This document shows positions 19,701 through 27,352 of a DNA stretch of 63,364 bases, one piece after another. Under the pieces are notes generated by a model, which ran no database searches, was not told the DNA's origin, and was given only the letters and a program-made list of their open reading frames with translations. This stretch comes from a virus (lineage: Duplodnaviria > Caudoviricetes), in IMG/VR virus record IMGVR_UViG_3300033978_000202, positions 1 to 63,364 of that record. One strand, 5' to 3'. How positions within the stretch are numbered: the stretch's first letter is position 1; each line of letters starts with the position of its first letter. The position numbers and the translations under genes were made by a program.

Positions 19701-22052
19701 GCTATCTCCGGGTGTTGGCTGAACAGATACTTGACCTGCTGCTTGCTTTTGAATGGCATCTTGTGATATTTTAGTTAGTTGTTCATTAATAGCTTTTACT
19801 CTTTCTCTTTGTGGTACGGTAAGCGCTTCGTCTTTCCCATCAATCTGACGCTCCAAGTCACGCTTCTCTTTAAGTAAGTTCATAGCCTCCTTCTTTCCCT
19901 GCAAATCAAGGTTGGGAGGAAGTGAATTGAATAAACCAACAGCATTGCGGTAATCGTTGAGTGTCTCTTTGGCTTCAGCCATAGTAAGCTCACCTGTATT
20001 CACCTTGTTCTGAAGGCTTATGATAAATGCTTTTTCAATCTTTGTATCGTTGGCTGCTGCTTCAAACAACTCAAACTGTGTGTCGCTCATACCCAAAAAT
20101 CCCTGCTTACGATAAGCAGCAGAAAATCCCGGCAGCGTTCCAATAATAGCACCACCTACTGCTTCCTGTGCACCGGCATACGCAGCGTTTCTAACGTAAT
20201 CCATAACACTCTCAGGGGTCTCAAACATCTGCTTACCCTTGACAGCATTGTATACATCTTTAAGTCCTGACTCAGCAAGTTCTTGTGCAGCACCGGTCTC
20301 TGCCTCAGCAAGAGCACCTCCTACAACAACAAGAGTTCCACGAGCAAGACCACTCTTTACTTCATTCTTTATTAGTTCATTAAAAGTTCTTGCAGATGTT
20401 GTACCACCTGCTTTACCTAATGCTTTTACAACAAGACCATTAAGTAAGCCTTTGTTTGCTAACACGTTTCTAAAACCTATAGCCTCGAGCGTACCAACAG
20501 CCGCACCAATTGGAAGAGTAACAGCAAGCTTTTCATTTTCAGATATGTTATCGAACTCAGGGTTGTTTGCCATCTCTTCGTTTAGATTGTCACTTACCTG
20601 AGCATACATCTGAGCCGTGCGTTGCGCCCATCCAACAGGACCTGAACCACCCATCATTGCAGGGACAGACTTAGCAAGACCCAATACTGCGCCTCCCCAA
20701 AATCCCTCATTCTTTAAGTCTTCCCACTGAGTAGTAGTGCTTGAGTCTCCATATACAATTCTGTTTCCTTTTCTTATTGGTTCAAGCCATCCACCTTCAC
20801 GCTTACCTGTTTTGGGGTTTACTTCTCCATACAGTACTGCTTTCTTCGCTTCATCCTCAACCTCGTCATCTATATCATCCATTACTCCGCTTGGTAATTT
20901 ATTTTTCCAAGCTTCAAATTCTTCTTGACTTTTTAATTCACCAAGAGAAAATCTTGGTGGCTGATACCCCATCCTCTTGGCTTTCTCAATAACAGCAGCC
21001 CGATACTCATCACGCCCCATCAACATTTCTTTTGGAAGCAACTCTGCTTCCAAATTTGTAATAAGCGAAAAGGCTGTAGATGATATTGATGCTGCCCCAT
21101 CTAAGAAGGCATTTGCTATACCACCATACCAAGTCCCCTGTTGAGCTTTTTGCTCTGTGTATTTGCCGACAGCTTGATTAAGCACTCCCATCCGATTCTT
21201 AATATCGGTTTCGGTAGCCATAGCACCGGTTACTTCTTTATTAAAATTTAGTTTGTTTTCATTAAGTTTTTGAAAACGCTCTTGAAAGGCAGGATTATTT
21301 CGCTGTGCTGATGGTGTAGAATTGATTGCGTTTTCTTCTGCCTCTATTTCTTTCTTTCTCTTTAATAACTCTTGCGTTCTTAATCTGAAAGCATACTCTT
21401 CCTCTTGCATCTTCTTGGTGACATCTTCAACCTCTTTCTCTGTAGTGTATTTTTTATTGGCAGTAGTATACTCTTTTTCAAGAGTCTGTAAGTTATTTAT
21501 GGTAGCAGAGTTCTCTCTTAAAAACTTTCTAAGAGCCTCAGACTCTTCCTTGTCTCCTGCTGTAGTCCAATTATCTAATGAGATTCTTGCTTTCTTTCCA
21601 TTGGGAGCAGTAACATCTACAAAATCTCTTCCGGGTACAGCTTCATCAAACTTGAAACCCATAGGTCCAAATTGATAGCGCAGTTGAGGGACGACATATT
21701 CCTCTCCCTTGTCAATTAAGTCAGGGCTGATAGCAGCGAGTTGCTCTTCGACAAAATTAGGAAGCTTCGTAGGTGATACCAATGAACCACCTGCCGAAGG
21801 TAATGCCGTAGTGACTTTTTTTTTAGAAGGGTCCTCTGCTGTTGCAGCTACTTGAGGAGTAGCCGGCATAGCAGATAAGTACTGCTTAGTAAAATCAGTC
21901 TTAGGTTTTGTGTATAAACCATCCCTATTAAGAACACCGTACACTTTCTCTTGATATGCAGCATCCTTGAACTTTGTCTTGAAAGCATCATAGTCCTGAG
22001 TAAAGTATCCTTTCTCTACAAGTAAGTCGTATAGTTTTTGTAACTCGTCCAT
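13794..22052 (-). CDS. Giant internal virion (ejection) protein, multi-domain (2752 aa)
   Basis: Helical, Ala/Gly-rich membrane-like stretch, last in podovirus ejection-gene position; embedded HDFFGH domain. Confidence 0.75.
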   Translation of the reverse strand: MDELQKLYDLLVEKGYFTQDYDAFKTKFKDAAYQEKVYGVLNRDGLYTKPKTDFTKQYLSAMPATPQVAATAEDPSKKKVTTALPSAGGSLVSPTKLPNFVEEQLAAISPDLIDKGEEYVVPQLRYQFGPMGFKFDEAVPGRDFVDVTAPNGKKARISLDNWTTAGDKEESEALRKFLRENSATINNLQTLEKEYTTANKKYTTEKEVEDVTKKMQEEEYAFRLRTQELLKRKKEIEAEENAINSTPSAQRNNPAFQERFQKLNENKLNFNKEVTGAMATETDIKNRMGVLNQAVGKYTEQKAQQGTWYGGIANAFLDGAASISSTAFSLITNLEAELLPKEMLMGRDEYRAAVIEKAKRMGYQPPRFSLGELKSQEEFEAWKNKLPSGVMDDIDDEVEDEAKKAVLYGEVNPKTGKREGGWLEPIRKGNRIVYGDSSTTTQWEDLKNEGFWGGAVLGLAKSVPAMMGGSGPVGWAQRTAQMYAQVSDNLNEEMANNPEFDNISENEKLAVTLPIGAAVGTLEAIGFRNVLANKGLLNGLVVKALGKAGGTTSARTFNELIKNEVKSGLARGTLVVVGGALAEAETGAAQELAESGLKDVYNAVKGKQMFETPESVMDYVRNAAYAGAQEAVGGAIIGTLPGFSAAYRKQGFLGMSDTQFELFEAAANDTKIEKAFIISLQNKVNTGELTMAEAKETLNDYRNAVGLFNSLPPNLDLQGKKEAMNLLKEKRDLERQIDGKDEALTVPQRERVKAINEQLTKISQDAIQKQAAGQVSVQPTPGDSEALAQGEPKTGLEVITQEGEKVLSPEQQERKDALIKALAAVEDDQETITIGDQTIAVDEALNELDALQKVSSKTRVNVAPFFNTQVGSTSEAAALRESPAYKGYLQTLADIGSLLGIKTNVLEFIGGYENNKGERIVEISNAVDLEGATIEQAEEYAALVSAFAPQVQEAAIAAQYTEQGGKTHNANEYSVKVSDVDGAIDALKEAGITDFSINEKTGEVSFIDVLDFADPQLQKNIGTFVELLKSKGINYEQQDFRPVDSRRVGVASRKKILGRIKAKGSELGPSGQNILQAVEEAVRRDAEFQGVDSGEYFKPSPGNRLFNKPLERVAQIADRYYQRVFGKKRPRYNGSQRLDEARARRIANAFAAMQHNPTDPQVRAAYEAMAKETLDQYQDFLDAGYVVEINNEEPYANSQEMIDDLRNNQRMKIFSTESGFGDAAITEEQRAENPLLRDSGFKDVNGQTMLVNDVFRAIHDFFGHAELGNSFGPKGEENAWNVHARMYSPLARAAMTTETRGQNSYVNFSGENEALKELRQQARALREEGLNSQARKIEEQIYEKFKFADQKIGLLPAEFYEINETDTGDIERAAPTTEELMTADTKDATTLERVKEFLDKVDGDLTKFGRETAGINIAIPVMKAIIKTVKALVATGITLQEAITRAAAQNNVSEQDVIDSISALAQQRDAQAQPEDTTEMELPGFNRMMTELEGVVRKSLQRGNTNEEAMQNAIAYLQGSRVYETASDTQREKMVRDIRKRFGKREKAAPKPQKLFGETKDVNEITMSEYELLKKQLADQAKGAKDAIKLWVRTSGELVKYLRTMTDKGFITAKQTAAIISKFSGVNMFDPNSIGRFVDYMAKVFKNANYADQIGTINKALPTARRNAQTKIGIAESLSPLMQRLLAIKPTLIPDAVFEKYTKLVTMMGERRAVLQLEEINAVTKDVNDILNAVDADVSLAAELAERFNSYDGKLVDDEGKVDYAGTIRDMVKDEVITEEEAEIMRKYKSSILPMTQKDPRSEAEIEAENQVMADAAQLADLNPEGLPTADERNLARELKKLLKTDAVYGLDNAQLKNLLRLIDNINNGYLPHYTQLIVERMNAINKSKTLNDAVQKAKPLKLSSIYSKIKGWLTKKDGLVELIRRNPLYYIDQVFGNYNTKEIFNSLFAQAADAQAKFQKAVTELNNKLDRAQEAVAKSFKNDANKTLMSKFKMMTYMVQLEHDSNPDSKQVNPAAEYLKKTIDHIRKGKSSFGERDADMLQEIYDEYTDANGNIDNQKLYDSFNEAERNAIKTIQKVNEDLREKAVYTAAIVRGDKITPLNNYVHLNTLHEHRPDEAISGVAFIDSYNESMRPSTKAKSLIARTGKVAPLNFDVFASANRGAKFVLMDYYLTEPIRTGRKTINETSKLMEQEGATKQQQNIFNAIERVYEEAVDNLLTDNFTSTSLLDDAVNFMSKQGYRAVLASAPRFVGELSSNIAFAMIAAPKDFKAGLKNRGVVLSPTAATIMSNVGSKQTNRLFPHDTLSGRLIDASIMNQASGVKGGRAQNDVRNKIQQIYNISLKKYQNAVETMADALIATPDKMVMRPMWFGAFANEFKKITGAEPDFDKIAENDERYMASNKEALDAAKNYADEKTVLTGATDNAFMGILKGTPKQNQSALIRGFNIFNNFMTRFLIYEYITARTGINAAMGNGTLSRKTGVALLAAVATRMTAYTLITQALSSALVGLFVPDEDEDDEKSIEQKIGQGMLSSATSLLLGRDFGNATKNLIGYGVERVNENYLDFLREGEYDPYKDALQYTVIPAEKKGKKTDMGDLLMNMLGPFGPSAKTLDLMIRKATEEPKKQADAIQRSEKEVGIRIPLEIMGNLGLIPLYKDVRKIVNKELYKDLEKAEVTKPMNKIGKEDMKRYYPEMYEDLYGEGGVLYDIEKMKSEMRKEKERIRREIKDEMYEYVPKQSGGNTIYGKEKQKK
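19478..19493 (-). repeat. 16-bp quasi-palindrome, copy 5 (inside giant ORF)
   Basis: Exact match. Confidence 0.9.
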
Positions 22053-22070
22053 TAGATTTTTTTTGTTCTG

Positions 22071-23900
22071 TTAATCCAATTCACCTTTTAAGATTCCCTT
22101 ACCCTCAAGACCTTTTAAGAATATAACTTGATCTTCTGCAGATGCGCCCGGAACATTTGAAAGCATAAATGCTCTTATTTTTTCGGCTGCCTTTGCAGGA
22201 TCACTTAAGTATATTGCAGAAGATGATTTGCCATCAGAATTTGTTAATACAATTGCATCAGACCCAATAACAGCTTCTCTAACGCTAAACCCAAGCTCAT
22301 TAAACTTCGCTTCGTTTGCAGAAATAAAATCAGTTTCATCTGTTGGTTGATTAGCACCTGAGAATACCGTTTTAAGGTGGTCTGCATACATCTTGTTAGG
22401 GTCACCTGTTTTCTTAGGACCTGTAGAAGTAGCCTTAGCTTCCCCTGCTTGGAATGTTGTAGTCTTAGTTTGAAGTGCACCCTTTACAACTTCGTTAACA
22501 TCAACTGTTCCTCCAAGAAGTAGAGGAGCTGCTGAACGAACAAAGTCTTGTTGAGTCATCATCTCTCCCGTGTTAGCGTTCTTGAATGGAATAGCTTTAG
22601 TCGAACCATCATTAAAGGTAATGCTAACTCCATCATTAGTTCTACTTACATCTTTTACATTTGGCATACCATAGAAGTGGTTGATAGCAGCTTGTTGTTC
22701 TGCAGGAGTACCACTATATAGTTTAGCCAACATATTACCTGATGTCTGAGCGCTTTTCTTTTGATCACCTCTTTCATAAACGTATTGAGGAGGATAGTAA
22801 GTAGGCTCTTTTCGTGGCTGACTGAACGGTTGCACTTCAGTTTTCTGCTCAAGCATACTACGAAACTTATTTTTAGTATACTCTTCAGCAGTCTTTAACT
22901 GATCCTTGCCATTCTGTGTGCTCTCAAAGTCAGGTTGAAATACACCATCCTTATGAGACCACAATATATAATGAGAGCTTGAATTTGCTACGTTAGGGTC
23001 CGTTGTAACCTGATAAGCTTTGCCTGATTTAGGGTCAATGCCTCCGGTCCAATCAAACAATATGGAAGATACGTGCGCAGGGTTAGATAGTTGCGCCTGT
23101 ACAATAAGTTTTTCGCTTTCAATATATTTGTCGACAGCTTGCTGTCCTTCTTGACTAAGACCAACACGTTTAGTTGGGTCTGTAACCTTGGTAAGGAAGC
23201 CTGTCTGAGTTGCACTACCTGTAGAAGTAACAACCTCCTTTACCACATCGCCTAATAATTTTGCCTCTTGACTTAGGTTTTCATTCAGAGCGTACTTGTC
23301 AATCTTTTCTTTGATACGGTTACGCAGTTGGTTTACCGTCATATAATTGTCGGGACCTTCAGCAAGAGTCTTAACACCATTTTTATCTACCATCTTACCA
23401 ATGCTGATAGCACCGGTAGTTGGATTAATCAAAGCTTTGGTTTGACCAAGGTTTGCAAATCCTTCAACCATTGCCATAAACTGAGTCTCAGCTTCTGAGC
23501 TTTCACCCTTCTGCCTACGCTCTGTCTTTACAGAAAACTCATCTTGATATTCTTTCGCAAGGTCAAACATTCTTTTAGTTCCATCCTTGCTATTCTGACG
23601 AATGAGCGCATAGTCTTTAGGTTTCATTTGACCCGACTTAAGAAGTCTGTCTGTAAGAAGTCTATACTGCTGCATATCACCGGCATAGTCTGTAATGTAC
23701 TTATTTACATCATCAGACAATCCTTGTGGTGCGTTCTCAAGTTCTTCACCAAACTGACGAGACGCATCATCAAGAGCCTTCTTTTTTGCTTCACGAAGTG
23801 ATGCCTCTTGCTTTAGAGTATTGGTTAATTGACTACCAACCTCCGACCAATCTATCTGATTCTTGGCTTCCCGTTCAGCGTATTTGTAATATGTTGCCAT
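22071..23900 (-). CDS. Putative internal virion protein (609 aa)
   Basis: Position and composition. Confidence 0.65.
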   Translation of the reverse strand: MATYYKYAEREAKNQIDWSEVGSQLTNTLKQEASLREAKKKALDDASRQFGEELENAPQGLSDDVNKYITDYAGDMQQYRLLTDRLLKSGQMKPKDYALIRQNSKDGTKRMFDLAKEYQDEFSVKTERRQKGESSEAETQFMAMVEGFANLGQTKALINPTTGAISIGKMVDKNGVKTLAEGPDNYMTVNQLRNRIKEKIDKYALNENLSQEAKLLGDVVKEVVTSTGSATQTGFLTKVTDPTKRVGLSQEGQQAVDKYIESEKLIVQAQLSNPAHVSSILFDWTGGIDPKSGKAYQVTTDPNVANSSSHYILWSHKDGVFQPDFESTQNGKDQLKTAEEYTKNKFRSMLEQKTEVQPFSQPRKEPTYYPPQYVYERGDQKKSAQTSGNMLAKLYSGTPAEQQAAINHFYGMPNVKDVSRTNDGVSITFNDGSTKAIPFKNANTGEMMTQQDFVRSAAPLLLGGTVDVNEVVKGALQTKTTTFQAGEAKATSTGPKKTGDPNKMYADHLKTVFSGANQPTDETDFISANEAKFNELGFSVREAVIGSDAIVLTNSDGKSSSAIYLSDPAKAAEKIRAFMLSNVPGASAEDQVIFLKGLEGKGILKGELD

Positions 23901-23903
23901 TTA

Positions 23904-24680
23904 TTAAAACTTGAATGATTTTCTTAAATCCTTTAAGTAATCGGGACTTAAGCCTCCCATAAAAGCTTGGAACTCGAGTGGGTTCATACCACCAACACCG
24001 GCTAAGTTCCCAAACGTAGGCGATGCTGCACCAAATTCAGCAAGCTTTTGTTGAAATTGATCTTGAGTAAGCCCTGCTTTTTCTGCACCTCCTGCTAATT
24101 TACCAAATTGTTTTGCACCTGCTGATTTAGAGTACAATGGAGCCATACTTGCTACCTGACCTGCCATACTTACTACACCTTCCAATGCTTGTTTGGTTGC
24201 TGCTTGAGACCTTGTCTCAGCTTCTCTCGCTTTTAACTGAGCACCCTCAACTTCTGCAAGATCAAGACCCATACCTACATCACGAAGTCTGCTATCTTCA
24301 GCGGCTTCAAGTTTATCAAGCGCCTGCATCTCACCACCCATTTGTGTAGCAATATCACGCTGTGCTTTTTCAGCACCCAAGAATACACGTCCTGCAGTAG
24401 CTGCTGAACCACGCTCGCTTTCTTGACCTGCCTCAATAGCTTGAGCTGCAGTAGAAGTAACGGCTTCACGAGCAAGCTCGTATGGTTCTTTTTGAATACC
24501 CAACTGCTCGTAGAAGTTTACGTCAAGTTTTTTACGAGCGTCAGCCATAAACTTAGCTGCATCTGCTTCAGCTTTTTTCTGAATTTTACGTTGCTTTGAT
24601 GCTTGCGAAAATGATGCCGCAGTAGTTCCTGCAGTAGCTGCTAAGCCTATACCTGCTGCAATGGTTGTGAAAGCTGCCAT
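23904..24680 (-). CDS. Putative small ejection protein (258 aa)
   Basis: Hydrophobic Ala/Gly N-terminus then Gln/Ala helices. Confidence 0.65.
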   Translation of the reverse strand: MAAFTTIAAGIGLAATAGTTAASFSQASKQRKIQKKAEADAAKFMADARKKLDVNFYEQLGIQKEPYELAREAVTSTAAQAIEAGQESERGSAATAGRVFLGAEKAQRDIATQMGGEMQALDKLEAAEDSRLRDVGMGLDLAEVEGAQLKAREAETRSQAATKQALEGVVSMAGQVASMAPLYSKSAGAKQFGKLAGGAEKAGLTQDQFQQKLAEFGAASPTFGNLAGVGGMNPLEFQAFMGGLSPDYLKDLRKSFKF

Positions 24681-24681
24681 A

Positions 24682-25092
24682 TTACAATACTTTTATTAGT
24701 TCACCTATATACCCATCGCCTAAGATATACCCTAATTCTTTATAGGTATCCTTTAGCCCCGGGTGTTTTATCAAAGCATAAGAATATTTATGCCCTGTAT
24801 TTCTACAAATATTAGTCAATGTTTCGACCAATAGTTTTATTGCCTCACTTCTCTCCGGTTTCTTTCTATACTCCTTGTTGGATATTATCCAATCAACCCA
24901 CGCAACCTTTGAGTTCGTGGTGTATATAAATCCTGCACACACCGGCTCATCTTCATCAAGCACCATTATGCCACCCTTACCATCATCAGGTAAGAAATCT
25001 CGTTGAGCAGGCTCCCATCCCCATTCCTTCCACCACCCTACTAACGTAGAATCATAATCATTTTCGTTCAATGGTCGTACAATAAATGCCAT
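24682..25092 (-). CDS. GNAT-fold protein (tail-assembly acetyltransferase-like)
   Basis: IVRPL...PVCAGFIY...YKELGY; sits between tail and ejection genes. Confidence 0.6.
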   Translation of the reverse strand: MAFIVRPLNENDYDSTLVGWWKEWGWEPAQRDFLPDDGKGGIMVLDEDEPVCAGFIYTTNSKVAWVDWIISNKEYRKKPERSEAIKLLVETLTNICRNTGHKYSYALIKHPGLKDTYKELGYILGDGYIGELIKVL

Positions 25093-25113
25093 CTATACAA
25101 AGATATTGAAAAA

Positions 25114-25920
25114 TTAAGGATAACTTTTCATCACTTCTGACTCTACGGCAAAGAGTTCTACCTGACTAACACTATTGTTTTCAAGGTTGAAAACGCAGTA
25201 GTGTCCGAGGACACCGTGCGATTCTGCCACAGCGTTTTTGATAAACATTATGTACGGGTTCTGTATAGCCGGGATGGTAGCTCCGGGTATGGTCGTATCC
25301 ACCGTAATCCTGTTAAGGTTGGATGGATAGTTCTGCTGAATATTGGTCACCCTCCCGAACAGCAAAGGCGTATTGTAAGTTGGGGGCAGGCTATAGTATA
25401 GCATATCCCCGATGCTTATGATACTACCTATTGATATAGGGCTTGCTCCGATCGCAAAATTGACCTGAACGGCTGACCCTGTACCGGTAATGGTAGTGCT
25501 CCTACCTATACCATTGGTAAGCCTAAGAGCGTACTCAGAAGGCTGTGCCGGTGTAGTACCTGCGTTACGGACAAAGGCAAAGAAAGAGGCTTCCTTCTTT
25601 TCAAAGTAGCTGCCTTGAATAAAGCCATCGTCCATTAAGTCGGTCACCATTGTTACGGACCAAGGAGCATCACCTTCTAAGTTGATGGTTTTGAATAGCT
25701 TATTCTCAAGCGGAGACTCATTGAATACGCTTTGTATACGTGATGGGTACTGCACTCCGTAAAAGTTATTACGGGTGTTGTTTACGTTGTGCCTATACAG
25801 GTTTCCACCCTTAAACGTATAGAAGTAGTTATTCATCCCGATCATCCAATCAGGCAAAAAGGAATAGAAGGATGCCCATCCTTCTACCCCTTCACTATAT
25901 GTTAGTGTATATGCTGCCAT
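25114..25920 (-). CDS. Tail stabilisation protein, C-terminal-like portion
   Basis: TLTYSE..GWASFYSFLP, KLFKTINLEG, FEKKEA resemble the C-terminus of crAss-type stabilisation proteins. Confidence 0.6.
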   Translation of the reverse strand: MAAYTLTYSEGVEGWASFYSFLPDWMIGMNNYFYTFKGGNLYRHNVNNTRNNFYGVQYPSRIQSVFNESPLENKLFKTINLEGDAPWSVTMVTDLMDDGFIQGSYFEKKEASFFAFVRNAGTTPAQPSEYALRLTNGIGRSTTITGTGSAVQVNFAIGASPISIGSIISIGDMLYYSLPPTYNTPLLFGRVTNIQQNYPSNLNRITVDTTIPGATIPAIQNPYIMFIKNAVAESHGVLGHYCVFNLENNSVSQVELFAVESEVMKSYP

Positions 25921-25923
25921 AGT

Positions 25924-27084
25924 TTAACATTGTACTGATGAATAAGCTGTTATCTCTCCCCCTCCGCTCATATCCCAATTTGCAGAAGCAAACACAAATA
26001 GCTCGAGAACAGGACTTGTCATTGCCGCATCCCAAAATAAGTTGCATCCTACATTAGGTGTTGGACAATCGCAGTATAGAATCTTAGGGTTTGTGCCTGC
26101 ATCAGAACAAGCTGCAGCGGCACTTACATTGCTTACTCCGCATCCTCCAATAGAATAAGACCCTCCACCTGAGCAAGGTCCAATTGCCACAATAACACCA
26201 TTGGCATCTACCTGAAACCAATCGTTAGTTGTTCCTGCAACAGCGGTATGATAGTATCCGGCAGTAAGCTTAAACTCACCGTTAGGGTCACTGAATACTA
26301 AATCGTATAGCCCAAGTGTCCCTGCACCGCCTGTAACATAAGCTACATAATATCCTACAGTAATTCCTAATGCACAAGCAGCGGTATTAGTTGCAGCCAT
26401 TGGAGATGCCTCAAAAACAGGTAAAGCTGCAGGGCAAGCAACTGACAAATCAAATGCTGTTCCTGAGCAGGGACCAATGAATGTCAAGTCAAGTATAGAT
26501 GGTGCAGCGGTTGTTTTTGGTATTACCATTACGCAATTACCGGGACCTCCTACTGTTAAATCCATTTGCCCTGACAAAACACTAACTGTTGTAGTCGTAC
26601 CTAATGAAGAAAAAGTTGTTCCGTTATACTCATATTCGTCAAGAGTATGAGGAGAACCTGAAACAATATTACAATCTGCAGATGTAGCTCCAATATACGT
26701 AGGAAGACCTGCGCTACCTTGTAACCATCCGTATGATGGAGAAGATAGACCATTGTAAGATATACTATTAAACACAGCTAATACGCCATCCGGCACGCTG
26801 TATGGATCAAACGTAACTACAACAGCGCCTGTGTCAGTTCCTAAGTCTATTCCTACATAGTATATACCCTGTTGTCCCGATGCTGCTATTGATCCCCCAC
26901 AAGGAGTAGCACAAGATGGGCAAGAGGTCTGAGGCAGTAATACACCCGACACTTGCTCACGCACAATTGTACCATCTGAGTAAAACCCATCAGGCGCAAC
27001 CGTGGTCAGATTAACATCGGTATAAATAATTGTAGCTGACGCAAGAGATGGCGCATCTACGTAAAAAGTTCCTTGTGTTGCCAT
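25924..27084 (-). CDS. Cys-rich virion appendage protein (386 aa)
   Basis: Beta-rich, many Cys; N-terminus paralogous to 27096-27341. Confidence 0.6.
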   Translation of the reverse strand: MATQGTFYVDAPSLASATIIYTDVNLTTVAPDGFYSDGTIVREQVSGVLLPQTSCPSCATPCGGSIAASGQQGIYYVGIDLGTDTGAVVVTFDPYSVPDGVLAVFNSISYNGLSSPSYGWLQGSAGLPTYIGATSADCNIVSGSPHTLDEYEYNGTTFSSLGTTTTVSVLSGQMDLTVGGPGNCVMVIPKTTAAPSILDLTFIGPCSGTAFDLSVACPAALPVFEASPMAATNTAACALGITVGYYVAYVTGGAGTLGLYDLVFSDPNGEFKLTAGYYHTAVAGTTNDWFQVDANGVIVAIGPCSGGGSYSIGGCGVSNVSAAAACSDAGTNPKILYCDCPTPNVGCNLFWDAAMTSPVLELFVFASANWDMSGGGEITAYSSVQC

Positions 27085-27095
27085 TTAATTTAAGT

Positions 27096-27341
27096 TTATG
27101 GTGCGATACAGTTACAACATACATCAAGTGCGCTTACAGTTGAATAACAAAGAGTAACCTCTGTACCACAACCGGGGCAAGCTGATTGAGCTTGTAGCAC
27201 CCCACTAACCTGTTGCCTAACAATACTATTATCTGAATAGTACCCATCAGGCGCAAGAGTTGTGAGTCCAACATTAGTGTAAACTGCAGTTGCCGTAGCA
27301 AGTGACGCAGCGTTTAAGTAATAAGTTCCTTGTGTTGCCAT
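27096..27341 (-). CDS. Small Cys-rich structural protein (81 aa)
   Basis: MATQGT..APDGYYSD..IVRQQVSG module plus LCYS..CC.C tail. Confidence 0.65.
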   Translation of the reverse strand: MATQGTYYLNAASLATATAVYTNVGLTTLAPDGYYSDNSIVRQQVSGVLQAQSACPGCGTEVTLCYSTVSALDVCCNCIAP

Positions 27342-27352
27342 TTTATTTTATT

